Shown piece after piece: positions 1 through 12,619 of a DNA stretch of 64,000 bases. This stretch comes from Daphnia carinata. Lineage: Eukaryota. Where the stretch lies: contig NC_081332.1 in NCBI RefSeq assembly GCF_022539665.2, positions 6,324,001-6,388,000 on the forward strand, read 5' to 3'. The first letter of the stretch is position 1; the number at the start of each line of letters is the position of its first letter. A program made the translations under genes and the position numbers. The notes under the pieces were generated by a model that ran no database searches, was not told the origin of the DNA, and worked only from the letters and a program-made list of their open reading frames with translations.

Positions 1-1841
1 AAAAAAAGGGAAGACACACAACGCCGCCGCCGCCGACTCCGGTCACCACGTCGATAAGATATGGCCCCGTGTTTAAATAATTTTTTTTTTTTTTTTTTTT
101 TTCTCCCAGATTTTTTTTCTCACATTTTTTTTTTTTTTTTTTTTTTTTTCTATTTGAGCGGAATGAAAAGAAGGGAGGAAAAATCAAGAAAGGAACTTGA
201 CCAGATTTGGGATACATCTCGGTCTCGGAATTTCCGCTTGATTAATTACCTCCAACTCGACCAGTAATGAGAGAGGCTGTATGCATTATTCATAAACTTC
301 CCTAGCTACATTTTACTGAAATTCTTTTTCTTTTTTATTATTATTATGATTATTATTATTATTACTATTATATCTATTTTTTTTTCTTCAAAAAAAAAAA
401 AAAAAAAAAAAAAATAATTTCATTTAGAATTATTTCCCCCCCCCCTTTTTTATGTTCTTCTATTTTTAATCATCGATTAAAAACACGGCCGTGATTATTA
501 TTTCGTTCAGTTTTTCCCTTTTTTTATTTCTTTGTGCGCAAAACTGCGTGCGCGCGCGCTTTTCAAAAACGATTCTCCTTTCTTCAAACGGCGCATCGTT
601 TAAATAATAACCTTTTTTTTTTTTTTTTTTTTTATTCCATGATATCTCCCGCCGCGAATGATTGGTCCACTCTCTTGTACTTGCTTGCTTACTTACTACC
701 TAAAAAAAAAAAAGCAAATATATTCTTCTATTTCTTATCTCAATTTTGCTTCTTTCTTCGCTTTTCTTCTTCGATAAACGAGACACGGTTTAATACTCAA
801 ACGAAGAAAATTGAAATGAGACGATTGCTTTCCTGTTATTCGAATGTTTCTGATAGCAGACGAGGTGAATAGAAAAACGAATTCATTTTTTTTTTTTTTC
901 CTATCCCTTCACTCCGAGACAAAGAATTAAAATATTTCTTTTCTTTTTTTTTTCCCTTTAAAATAAAATAAAAAAACGCTGGACTAATGTGGTCTGTCCC
1001 CTTCTAGCCCGAGAGATCCCGCCGACATTTTTCTTCTTTTTTTTTTTTTTTTTTGAAAGGTATAAAAGAGTTTTGGAAGGGGGGAGATTATACACGCTGT
1101 ATAGGTTCGTTGAGATGGGGGGTTCTGGTTGGTTGCTGGCGGCCATTGTGAACGCGGCAGGGAACCCTGAACGCAAAAGAGCCACGATTTTTTTGGGTTT
1201 GGACCTCAAGAAAAAAAAAAAAAAATGCTTTTCTTTCCTTTTTTTTTTTTTTTTTCTTCTTTCGTTATATAGACTGAATATGTTTATTTTTCAAAGAAAA
1301 AAAAAATAAAATAAAGAAGGGTAAAGAAAAAAGAAAGTCGTCCAATAAGCTTTATCCCACCCGTTGTAACACGGCATAATTCTCCTATTCTTCAGGGCGA
1401 GAGAGAAATTTTTTTTTTTTTTCTTTCGGCCAAACAAAAATTCTAAACAGGAAGCCAAACACGAGTCCAGTAAAAAATAAAAAAAAATAAAAACAGGGAA
1501 GAAAACAAGTTCTTCTTTTTTTCTCACTCACTGACTTTTTCAATGCCTTTTTTTTTTTTATCGTTCCATATTTATGTAGCTCTCGGTCAAGTTTTCTTTT
1601 GTTTTTATGAGCCCCCAATGAGACAGCTCGGGATGCCCCCCCCCCTTCCTCTTTCAAAAAATATGAAAGAATGAGTGCGTGAAGCCATCACTCTCGGCTG
1701 TCCGTTGCTGCTGTTTCGTTTACGATACCCAGCGATCAAATGAACTTTGGCTCGTGATCCCGATAGATCACACACGTTTACCTCCTCTCGCTTCGAATCT
1801 AATCAAAAAATAAGACTATCGGCTTTTTGAAACGTAACTAG

Positions 1842-1873
<32 letters not shown>

Positions 1874-3906
1874 GGCTTTCTTTTGACTTTGAAAATCTTC
1901 TTTACTTCGAAGGGGAAAAGAAGAAGCTCTTCTTTCTTATACGGCCATTGCAGCGAGAGACGCCAGCTAAACAAACACATCTGGCGACTTATTTATTTAT
2001 CGCTCTGTGTATATACACAGAGTGGCCTCTTTCTGGGTCCCCGTCTTGATGAATCGCCAGTGTGCGTTACACCGAAACTCAGTTTGCGTCTCCTGTTATT
2101 TCTTTTCTTTCCTCCTCCCCCCCCCCCCCCCCCACCCCTCTTCTAACAAACAACACACTTAGTATGAATCGGTTCGGGGTCGTCATACGAAACTGGCTAG
2201 TTGTCAACACGCTGGCGAACAAACCCCACCCCACCCCCCACCAAACAAAAAAAAAAAAAAAAAAAAAATCTTACCGTTTTCTCTTCACGAACGAACATTT
2301 CGCAACATTTCGTTTAAATCCCCCCCCCCCCCCCCGACCGATGTGATGACGAAAAACGAACGTACATCAAAGTTGTTTCAAAGAAGCCAACCGGAAAATT
2401 GGGTGGAGACGCGCGCAGTTGGAACACCGCACATCCGTTGGCCAAAATGCTAATTATTTTAACCTCTTAATGGAATTGACGTCGCAGAGATCAATGAAAA
2501 AAAAAAAACCCAACCATTTTTTCTATTTAAATTTTTTATTAAAATGGAAATTAAATTTGCTTTAAAAAAAAAAAAATCCCTTACGAAAGTTCAACCCTTC
2601 TCTTTCTCGTTTGGTGTACCGTAGTTAAAGCTATTCCCCGTGAACCCCCCCCCCCCCCCTTCCCCACTTGCCTCAAAAGTTTTTTTTTTGAACGACCGGC
2701 GTGGGTTGAAAAAGGGCCGTACCGACGAAGTGAGTGTAGGACAATGGCTGGTGTAAATTATCTGGCGGCTATTTCAAACGTCAGGTACAACGAGAAGGAG
2801 AGAGAAAATTTCATGATGAACAAGTTAAAAAGAAAAGAATGTTTGGCCTATCCTATTGAAAGAATATCACACTACTAAAAAAAAAAAAAAACACATTTTT
2901 TGGAAAGGGGGGGCCGGCATCTCTTTCGCTGGAACAAAAGAGAGAGAGAGAGATGGAAAAGAAAAAAAAAAATGAGACTTCCACAACAAATTGCTTCACG
3001 TCAGGCGAACCGTATTAATCCGTAAACGACTGACGAGCTTGTTCGTAGCCAGTCGATCCTTTTCATTCCTACTCCTCCTCCTCCCCCCCCCCTTTGGCCA
3101 CTAGCCGTTTCATCCTCACTATCAAACTATGTTATATACCAAAACTTGATATAATATAACACTATAAAGGTATCGTGGAACGAACAGAACCGAGGGGGGC
3201 GATCTACAGTACAAAAGAGAAAATACCGAAAACTGATGAATTATTTTACTCTCTCCCCCCCCCTCCCTTTCCGAACCCGACATCATGGAACAAACAACAT
3301 TGTAGGATGTTTGCGTGCGTGATAGTGTGTGTGTGTGTGTGTCTACCAACTAGTCTCTCATTCTCTCCCCCACACTCTTTTTTTTTCACCTACTAGTTGG
3401 AGAAATGCCGCCGCCGGCCTCGTTTTTTATAGGTCCCCCCCCCCTCCCCTCTATTCTTTCCCTTGCCTTTCACCTCAGTCCCCAACTCTTGAAAATTCAT
3501 CAAAAGCTTTGTGGTAACCAAGTGTGCATCTCTCCCTAATGTTAGATCGATAAAACTCTACAAGTCAAGAGTTCGAATCCCCCCCCCCTCCCTGAAAAAA
3601 CAACAACAAATTGTAGGGTAGAAAATAATAAAAACAAAAGATGTCGACGAAGAGAGAGAGAGAGGAATACAAAAAAAAAAATTGATTTCATCTGTTAACC
3701 AACAGACAGAAGAGCCCGCCTTTAAGATAGGGGCATATTGATTCCACTTGAGCCGTTAGACGACAACCACCACCTGGTCCCATCATTATTTACGATCCCG
3801 ATCGGCCGTCCTAACCATGTCGTTTTCATTTTATTTTAAAAAATAATAAGAAGAAATTTTATCTCTTTAAAACGTAAAAAAAAACAACAAATTAATGAAA
3901 ACTAAC

Positions 3907-3948
3907 ATTGGACGAGAGAGAGGGGAGATTGGACGAGAGAGAGGGGAG
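3907..3948. repeat. Perfect 21-bp tandem duplication (ATTGGACGAGAGAGAGGGGAG x2) in the plexin intron
   Basis: Two identical adjacent copies at 3907-3927 and 3928-3948. Confidence 0.9.
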
Positions 3949-4715
3949 CAGAATCACGTTTCGTGGTCAGCGGGCAAAATGTGTGTGCGTGCGGTTATGA
4001 TGTTTGTTTATGGGCAGCTATCGTAAACGTCATCATCATCATCATCATCATCACAAGCGCAGCCTTCGTAACCAGCAGACGGTGGAAACGCAAAATGAGG
4101 GGACCGTCTTTTTTTTTTTTTTTTTTTATCTCCACCCACGTAACTGTGGCCATGAACCGAGTCATTCGATCCACTAAAATGAAAAAGTTGGCCAGTTACG
4201 GTTTTACTCCTCCGAAGTCATTTGCTTTTTTTTTTTCTTTTTCTAAATGCCCAGCTCCCCTAGCGTGAAATGATGAATTCACGTTCTGTTCACTCTGCAA
4301 GACATCTTTCATCTCGTTTCGTTAACCCAAAGAAAGAGAGAGGAAGAAAACAAAACAAAGAGCGAACGCAGATGGACACCGCCCACACCACCTGCTTCTT
4401 TTTATTTTTTCAAAATAATATTTGTGTGCTTCACATTTCTCTCTCTCTCTCTCTCTCTCTCGCATTTTTTCTTGAAAAGACCGGCATCATCCACAAACGG
4501 CGGCCGCGGGTTAACGAGGACCCCCCCAACCAAAACGAAAAAAAAAAAAAAAAAATAAAATAAAAATGTTGGCCGGTTGTATGGGCTACCAATTAGCCGT
4601 TCCGCCCGGGACTAACGAGGCTGAGCACACGAGTCGGTAAAAAAAAAAAAAAAAAATGCCCACCATGGTAGGAAAAAAAAAAAAAATAAATAAATAAATG
4701 AAATGAGAGTCTTGA

Positions 4716-4724
4716 GCTTACCCC
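4716..4724 (-). other. PlexB: 5' splice donor of the Plexin B first coding exon; starts an intron of more than 4.7 kb that runs off the left edge
   Basis: GGG|GTAAGC occurs exactly where plexin similarity ends (..KCPKAG) and low-complexity sequence begins. I found no continuation of the Sema domain in 1-4721. Confidence 0.85.
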
Positions 4725-6050
4725 GGCTTTGGGACATTTGCCGTCGAGAATGGGGCCCGAAATGTACTCCATGTTGCGAGACTGGAGGCTGCCGTTGAAA
4801 CACATGTGAATGTTCTCATTGAAGCGAGCCTCAATGTCCGCAATGCTGAAAACACAAACGGCCGATTGATGGCTCGGCTCCGAGCTGCCGATGCCTTTTG
4901 GGGGCGAGAAGAGACCGACGAGAACTGGATCGCCAGGACTCAATCCCAGGCTGTTGGCCAAATCGGGTCCGGCTTGAGCCAACTTGGCGTCCTGGACGAG
5001 CGAGTAAGCTCCCTGGCCATCGGCCCCGCCGCCGCACTGCAAAGTCACTTCCGTGTACGAATCGTAATTGGCGTCGGAAATGCAGGTGCGAGCCAGTCGG
5101 GTGACGTAGCCCAGCTCTTCCTCGCCGGGCAGGTGCGATTTCTTCTGGACGACGACAAAGTAAGCGAAATCCGAGGCATTGAAGCCGTAGACGTATTTGA
5201 CGAGGAAATGGTCGCGATATTTGACGTCGATGTGCAGCGTCGACTGCTTAGTGAACGAGAACTCGGCAAAGTCAAGATCGTAGAGGTTGCGTGACGAGAT
5301 GGCCGGCACTTCGTGGCGGTACTCGCCCACCGAGGTGAAGGTCGTACCGACGTAAAGGACGTTGGACCGGCCCCAAGGGTTGTAGTGCTCCGGCCCGATG
5401 AAAGCGAACGTTGAGGCCGTTTCGTCGTTGGCCGCCACGTTACGCGAGATGAATTCCGGCTCGGATGAAATGTTGGACAGACGGTACTTGGTGCAGGCCC
5501 CTTGCGATGTTGAGCCGCACGCCAACAGGGTCCGGGCGTCGCGATCAACGATCAGCACTTTGTTGACGTTGTCGGTGGACACGGCGTCGACTCCGCTGGA
5601 CGGGGCGCATCCACTGGCGTGGCATTGAGGACTGTCGGCAACTGGGCCAGTCACGACAGAAGCTTCGACCGACAGACTCGAGTCGAGCTGGAAGAGTCGG
5701 TTGACTCCGCCGGCGTAAATGCGTCCGCTCGATACGTCCATCGTCAAATGGCGGAAGCCTCGGTTCGTGCCGTTGACGGTGACGCTCGATCGCGGCCAGT
5801 GGAACTGTTTGACGATGCTGTTGATGCCGGCCGATGGATCTTTGCGGCTGGAGCTGATCGACATCGACGTCGTATTCCGACTGCTGCTGCTGCTGCTGCT
5901 GCTGGATGCAATTAAAACTTGACCGATATCCGGAAGGGCGGCGGTGGCCATTGGAAACGAGGCGGTCAGGGCCAAAAGGACGACGAAGAGGATGGTCGCC
6001 ATGGCAACGGACAGAAATCTGCTTGATTCGGATGCTTTCAATCGCGCCAT
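4722..6050 (-). CDS. PlexB: Plexin B (semaphorin receptor), first coding exon: signal peptide plus most of the Sema domain (443 codons, partial gene; later exons not found in the window)
   Basis: GC-rich open frame. It has a hydrophobic signal (MATILFVVLLALTASFPMATAA) and Sema-domain motifs that I recall from insect Plexin B: GRIYAGGVNRLFQL, TGPVADSPQC, DNVNKVL, VLYVGTTFT, YRHEVPAISSR, IDVKYRDHFLVKYVYGFN, GYVTRLARTCISDANYDSYTEVTLQC, ENIHMCFNG, YISGPILDGKCP. ATG is at 6050 (alternative in-frame ATG at 6002). The exon ends at a phase-0 donor, GGG|GTAAGC, at 4722/4721. Confidence 0.93.
5881..5904 (-). repeat. Coding trinucleotide repeat, (CTG)8 on the plus strand, encoding a poly-Ser tract between the plexin signal peptide and the Sema domain
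   Basis: ctgctgctgctgctgctgctgctg; translation ASSSSSSSSSRN. Confidence 0.9.
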
Positions 6051-6067
6051 GAAAACTGTGTCATCAT
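6038..6067 (-). promoter_or_regulatory. Short out-of-frame uORF (MMTQFSWRD*) overlapping the first in-frame plexin ATG
   Basis: ATG ATG ACA CAG TTT TCA TGG CGC GAT TGA reads from 6067 to 6038. It is visible in the sequence; function is unproven. Confidence 0.45.
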
Positions 6068-6100
6068 CCACCTGCGGAATCCAATCAAAAATAAATAATT
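6051..6100 (-). other. PlexB: 3' splice acceptor and short 5'-UTR part of the Plexin B first coding exon (exon starts at 6071)
   Basis: Minus strand reads ...AATTATTTATTTTTGATTGGATTCCGCAG|GTGGATGATGACACAGTTTTC-ATG. The AG is at 6073-6072, which implies at least one upstream exon. Confidence 0.8.
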
Positions 6101-9100
6101 TTATGATTACTATTTTCCAATGAACCAAAAAAAAAAAAAATAAATTTTTTATTTAAATGCAGTTCGTTGTCTCTTTAAAATACCGAAACAAAACGAGAAC
6201 GGGTTAGCAAGAACGAAGAAAAAAAAAACACGAAAATAACAAAGGTGCAATTTCCTGCATATGTAATGAGGTGCAATGAATAAACCGTTATTGTGCTTGG
6301 CACTCCTCCGGTCCCCTCCCCTATTTACTTGAAATTAACTAAAAAAAAAAAAATAAATAAATAAATTCTCTCCCCCTCTTTTTAAAAACGAATTTCAAAA
6401 AGCAAAAACAAATAGAGCGTAGATTTCATTTCTCTCCCTCTCCCCCTTTCCATTTTGATTTTTTTTTTTTCAATTTATTTTCATCATTTAAAAAACGAAA
6501 TAAAAAGGGAGCCCAAAAACAAAATGATCCGCCACCATCACACACACACACACACACACCCGCAGAGTTGCCGACCACGAGTGCGAGAGGAATCACGCTG
6601 CACAACACACACACACACACACGCGAGGTCAAATCAGGAAAAACACAATCGTTGTTCGTGTAATCATCTCGCTGTATATGCCTTGTCTTCACCCCTCCAT
6701 CCTCTTTTTTTTTTCTCCTTTTCCTCCTCCCGTATGTAATTTTTTTTTTTCTTTTTCTTTCCCTTCACAATGAGGGCTCATATGATTGAAGTTACAACTG
6801 TTTGGCTCCGGGCTTCATGTTTAGTTGTGATGATAATTTTAGGTGAGCTCTTCTTCTTATTCTCTTTTACACTCGCGCCTCGAAAAGAGAGATGGACGCT
6901 CGTTGGAGGCTGCAACAACAAGAGCCCGCAAGGCGAAAAAAAAAATATGAAACTAATGAAGTTGAAATGAGACTGACCACCCAGTTACCTTTCGCGTAGG
7001 TCAAACAACATGTTTCTTGTTTTTTGTTTTGTTTTTTTTTTTTGTTTTTTAAAACGTCAAAATGCCGGAGCACAAACACATTCAAATAGCGCGCGACAGC
7101 AGACCCGAAATAGACGACTGACATTAAGACAATTATTGTCGCAGTCGATTCCGCATCGACTAGTCGCATTATCGATCTCGTCCATCGTCGATCCACTGAC
7201 CATATTTAATTCCAGGAAAAGGGAATGAAAAAAAAAAAAAAAAAAAAAAATTATGTTTCTCCACGTGTGCGTTGATGCTTGCCCCCGTGTGCGTGGACAA
7301 TGTGCCTGTCCATCAAATGCGAAATGGGACGAGGAGTAAAAACAAACGGAGAAGAAGACGAAGGCAGCAGCACCCAGACAACAGCTGCCATGAGCCAAGT
7401 CAACTGGACAAAAGAAAAGAAAAAAAAACGCCGTACATAATTGGGTACGAAAATTGGGGGCCGGCTACGGTCCGCACGAGACTGTCACATCATCGAACTC
7501 ATCAGAAAGAAAGAAAAAAAAAAAAAAAGAAGGGAGAATTAAAGAGAAAACGGTTGACGATGACGACTTGAATGGAACTACAACTTAAATACGGATGGCC
7601 AGGTCATTGTTGGGAAATATCTATGATGATTGTTCCAGCTTTTTTGAATAGGGACGGTGTGGGAAGAGCCGGTAGTGAGCTGTCATTCCGTCGAGTCGTC
7701 CCAGTCCATCAAAACGGACGAAAGGAGGAGACAAGAAAATGGGAGAAGAAAAACGCAAGGAGATGGAACTGCATTCATGGAACGAAAAATAAAATGGAAG
7801 ACTTTTTTCTTCCTTTCTCGACGCCATTAAAGGTCATGACTCGTTGGTTTCCATGTTCCACGCACGCACACGGATAGAGAGAGAGTAATCAAGTCAAATG
7901 ACATCATTTCTCGAACCCACCTTACCACCCTATCCTTTTTCTCCCCACACATACACACACCCGGAGCCATCAAGCCGGATGGAGTATTTTTATTCCTCCC
8001 CTTCCCCTGAAAATCAACCCAAATTTTCGATTGACCTTTTACACACAAAAGGGTCGACGTCATTATCACACATTTTTATACAATCAAAAAAATAAGCTTT
8101 CACATTTTCTATAAGAAAAAAAGAAAATGAAAACTCGAACGTGCGTTTTTTTTTTTTTTTTTTTTGATTTCATAGAATTCATCCGGAATCGACCAAAGAA
8201 CCCGAAAGTGTGTATGTGTGCGGTATAAAGGTGTTGTTGATTTCCCGCCTTTCTTCATACGTCTGTCTTATATTAACTAGCGTGTGTGTGTGTGTGTGTG
8301 TGTATGTGCGACGGGGGCTCCTTCATATAAAACACATATTGAAGACGAAATAAAAAAAAAAGGGAGATAGGACGGAGGGGGTCTTTGCGTGTATAACACA
8401 TTGCACACACACACACACAAGTCGGGAACCCCTTCAGGCCGCACACTAAAAAAAAAAAAAAGAGGGTCCCTATCTACCTTGACTCTGGCACTGTGCCTCT
8501 TCTACCGATGCCTCCAGGTACAAGTTTGATAAAAAAAAAAAAAAAAAAAAGAACAAGACTTTTCTTTTTTTTTTTTCTTCTCTTATTCTTCTACTTCTTT
8601 CTTTCTTCTTCTTCTCTTCCTAGTTCTTTTTTGTCCCAACAGCAGACTATGTACCTTCCTGGGGCCATTCTTTCTCCCCCCTCTTCCACCATCCGAATGC
8701 CAAATAAAAGAAGCAAAAAAAAAAAAAAAAAAAGAAAGGAAAATGGTTGAACTGGATGATGAAAATAAAGAGTCAGGAAGAAGAAAGAAAAAAAAAACGG
8801 GGAAGAGGTGTCGGGCAAAGAAGAAGAAGAGGGGGAGAATAGCGATGGAATGCGCATTTATTTTTATTATGAATATAGCAGAAGATTCCATTTTTTTTTT
8901 CTTGCACCTGGACACGGTTCAGCTTCGATCTCAACAAAAGAGGGAAGAGAGCAAACTATTCAATAACGGGTCTAGCGGAACCGATTCCTCTATTGCCATT
9001 TCTTCATCGTTTTGCTCACTGCGATCGATAATCCCAAGCTCAACAGTTGATGATCGCTGCTTTAAAAAAAAAAAAAACGACATCGAAATCCCTCGGCTGG

Positions 9101-11690
9101 GCCTCAAACGACTGCGAGTTGTTAATCATAAAAAAGGGTTTCTTCTTCTTTATTTTTATAGCCAAAAAAAAAAAAAAAGGAAAGAGGAAAATGGTTGTGG
9201 TCCACATCTTATCGGAGCGCCCAGTTGGCCATTAAAAATCTATCCGCGGAGTTAAGAGGCAACAGAAACCCTAAAGACTCCACACACACATATCCACAGT
9301 GTGTGTGTGTGTGTGTATGTATATAAATAATATCAGATCTAATCGATCGTTAACTCGCTGAACGAGCGATTCCATTAGCGGCCGGGGGACCGTATCGCCT
9401 GGCCTTTTGGCCCATCCTTTTTGCCCCCAACGCCGCATCTTCTTTCTTTCTCAAGAGAGTTTCAAATGGTATTTTTTTTTTCAACGAAGAAAAAAAATGA
9501 GAGAAAAGAAACAAAACGAAACAAAAAAAAAAAAATGCCCCCACCATCAGAAAAAGGCTAGAGGTTTTCTTAATGATCATCCGCAGAAGAAGACCGTTCC
9601 TTTTCAATATATTGTGACGTGCGTCAGCTTTTTATCTCCTTTTTCTACCTCTTGACCCTTAAGACAAACCTTCTTTTCTCTCTTTTTCTAAATGTTTCAG
9701 GTAAAAAAAAAAAAGAAAAAGAAAATAACAAAGTTAAAAGAAGGATTTTTCTCTTCTTTCTTTTAAGCGATTATCCAGCATCCGGTAGCTGGATTAAAAA
9801 AGAGAAAGAAAAGAAAAACAACGTTCATTTGAACCGCTAGAAATGTTTGACATCCACAATATTCCCGCCCTCATTTTTCTTTTCTTTTTTTTCTACAAAA
9901 AGTGACCATATAGAGAGCCAAACAGTTTATCGTAGCGATATGCAACGGAAACCCTCCCGGTGGATCATCAAAGTAAAGAAAAAGAAGAAAACAAACAAAC
10001 AAAAAAAAAAAAAGAGAGACGACAACCCGCTGAGTGTTTGGGACTTTAAACACTCCCTCCAACTTCAAAAGTGTGTATGTGTGTGTGTTTAGTCTTATCA
10101 AAAATAGAAGTCCAGATGGTCGAAAAAGATAAATACTTAAAAAAAAAAAAAAAGCGATGTGGATATGAGTTTCGATAGTCGATACGGACCCTTGATCAAA
10201 CAATAACAACGAAAAAACTGGCTAGGGCAGCAGGAAAAAGAGCGTGATTCCGCCAGGTGGGAAGCGGCCTACAGGTAGACGACCATCGTCCATCCGTCTG
10301 GTTTGTTCTTGTTCGGGTAAGAAGAGGAAACCCAAAAATAAAAAACAATAATAAGACCAGAAGGGGGGATCGAGAACCCAAAGAAGGGCAGTCATCTGCA
10401 TAATTTTTCAATTCGACCCAAAAGGTCTAAGAAAAATATTAATGAAAAACAAAAGGCACCTAGCGGAAGGAGCAGACAATAATAGTGTAACTATTAGTAG
10501 AGAGAACGGGGGGGAAACAACAACACACACAAAAAATGTGTGTGTGTATGTATGTGTGTGATATGGAGAACGATGAATCCTCCCCCCCCCCCCCTTCACA
10601 CACACACACACAAAAAAAAAAGATGATGGAAGACTTGTCCGCTTGTGAGAAGATTCCATACCCCGGACGCATTTTGGGGCCTCTTTGTTGCGTTTGATAC
10701 TTCATCATTCAACGTGTACGCACAGAAAGATACGAAGAATAAAAACGACTCGGCGTTGAGTTTTGTCATGAAAGTCATCCGAGTTGGTTTCCAAGTCCCC
10801 ACTGGTTCGTATATGTAAAACAATTAAAACAAGTAACACAAAAAAAAAAAAAATGCCCCGTTACTTCTGTGCAGTGGGGCAGGCCCAAAAAAAAAAAAAA
10901 AAAAAAAAAAGAACGTTCAGGTATGAAACTTGCCATGAATTTCACTGATTATTATTACAGAGAGAGGTTATGCTAGCTGAAAACAACAAAAACACAAGCG
11001 AGCGTGTTGTTTTCGTGTTGAGCGATTACCTTAAGCGAAACGGGTTAAATCACGAGGGCCTATCCGATGCCTACAAAAAGCGACGCTAGACTTTGATGCA
11101 TGAGCCGAAAACAAAATCCCCTCTTTTTTAGATTCCGATTTTTTTTTCTTCTTCAAACTGAGGAATGCATAATTTTCACAACAGCCTTTTTTCATTTACA
11201 GAAAAAGAAACAAGGACAACAACAACAAAAAAAAAAAAAAAAAAAAAAAAGTCCATCCGCACATCGACTGGCCGTTCCGTTTCTCAACATTTGCTGCTTT
11301 TGATTTTCCCAGCTGTGTGTGTACCTCTGGCAATGGGGCCCCCCTCTCTTTGTATTTTATTTTATTTTTTTTTTCGGGGTCTTCAAACGAATATGTAGAA
11401 CTATGTCTATGATAATAATGATGATCTGACAGGAAGTGGTAAAGACAAACTCTCACACGCATTTCTCTCCTCTCACTCCATTTTTCTTTTCGGGGGCTAC
11501 GAAGGAGAAAAGGGCCTTTTTTTTCTTTCTTTCTTTCCCGAGGACGGATGCCTTTTTAAACAGAGCGATTCTCTTACATCAACCACACCGATTTATTTTA
11601 TTTTATTTTTTTCGTCGAGTTTCTTGGGGCTTTTGGGAAAATCCTCGACGTGGTTCAACAGTCACATCGATATTATATGTTCGTTTTTCC

Positions 11691-11692
<2 letters not shown>

Positions 11693-11722
<30 letters not shown>
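11693..11722. repeat. (AC)15 microsatellite, representative of many AC/GT tracts in the window
   Basis: Direct reading of the sequence. Confidence 0.9.
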
Positions 11723-11726
<4 letters not shown>

Positions 11727-11891
11727 AGACGAGGAAAGAAAAAGGAAGTTATCTCTTTTTCAGTAGACATTATTCCGACATGGCAGCCAAAATCCGTCTA
11801 AACTCGTTTTCTTTACAATTTATGGACGTTGCCCATCAAAAAATAAATAAATGGATATGAATTTGAGGGGCTTTTTTTTTTTTTTCTTTAC

Positions 11892-12619
11892 CTTTCAGAT
11901 TTCACACGACACACGAGTGAGAGAGATGATTCTCTTGAAAATGTTTTTCCTTTTTTTTTGTTGCTTCCTTCGATAGTATTCCAGGCGTTTGGAAAAAAGC
12001 GAACACGACACACACACTAACACAAAATTCTATGGTTGAAAAAACCGAAGAACAAAACACTCGTTCGCACAAGAAACGCACGCACACACTGCACACAACC
12101 AGCAAGGAAAATAACCCCCCCCCCACACAAAAAAAAACACACTCTCTGATATGATAAAAAGAAAAGAGGATGTGTCACGCACCCGCCACCACCAAAACAG
12201 CACACCACTGGGCACACAAAATAATTTTTTCAATCCAATTTGTTGGGTGCTTTTTAGCTGTGACGCGATGGCAGCCTTTTTTTTTTTTCTTTTTCTTTTT
12301 AATTACCAAGTCCTCACGAGTGTGTGTTCTTTGATGTTTCCTCTTTTTCAGAGCAGGATGATTCACTTGACGTTGTTTTTTGGAGGCAACGTGCAAAAAC
12401 TTTCTTCCAGTTCCGATGATACACACACACAACGAAAAGAGGTAAAGCAAAAAAAAAAAAAAAAGAGCAGCTGTGTCTCGAGTTTTGCTGTTTCCCTCCG
12501 AAGAAAACCAAAAACAAAATGGCTGGACTCTTTGAGCAACGTTGTTGTTGCCCGTGTGGACGAGCTGCGACTAGCGAGAAGCGCCGATTTGACACTGAAA
12601 GTCGCTCGTCAGAAACTGA
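11892..12619 (-). other. Candidate non-coding first (5'-UTR) exon of Plexin B
   Basis: Initiator-like TCAGTT (12619-12614) and TCAGTG (12598-12593), plus a donor AAAG|GTAAAG at 11892/11891, on the plexin strand. Motif-based only. Confidence 0.3.

Noticed and set aside
4806..5922. Several plus-strand and alternative-frame ORFs overlapping the plexin exon
   Set aside because: Shadow ORFs caused by the GC-rich codon usage of the real exon.
4593..6128. Full 511-aa ORF as a complete protein
   Set aside because: Both ends are intronic read-through. The N-terminal part lies upstream of the acceptor at 6072, and the Phe-rich tail lies downstream of the donor at 4721.
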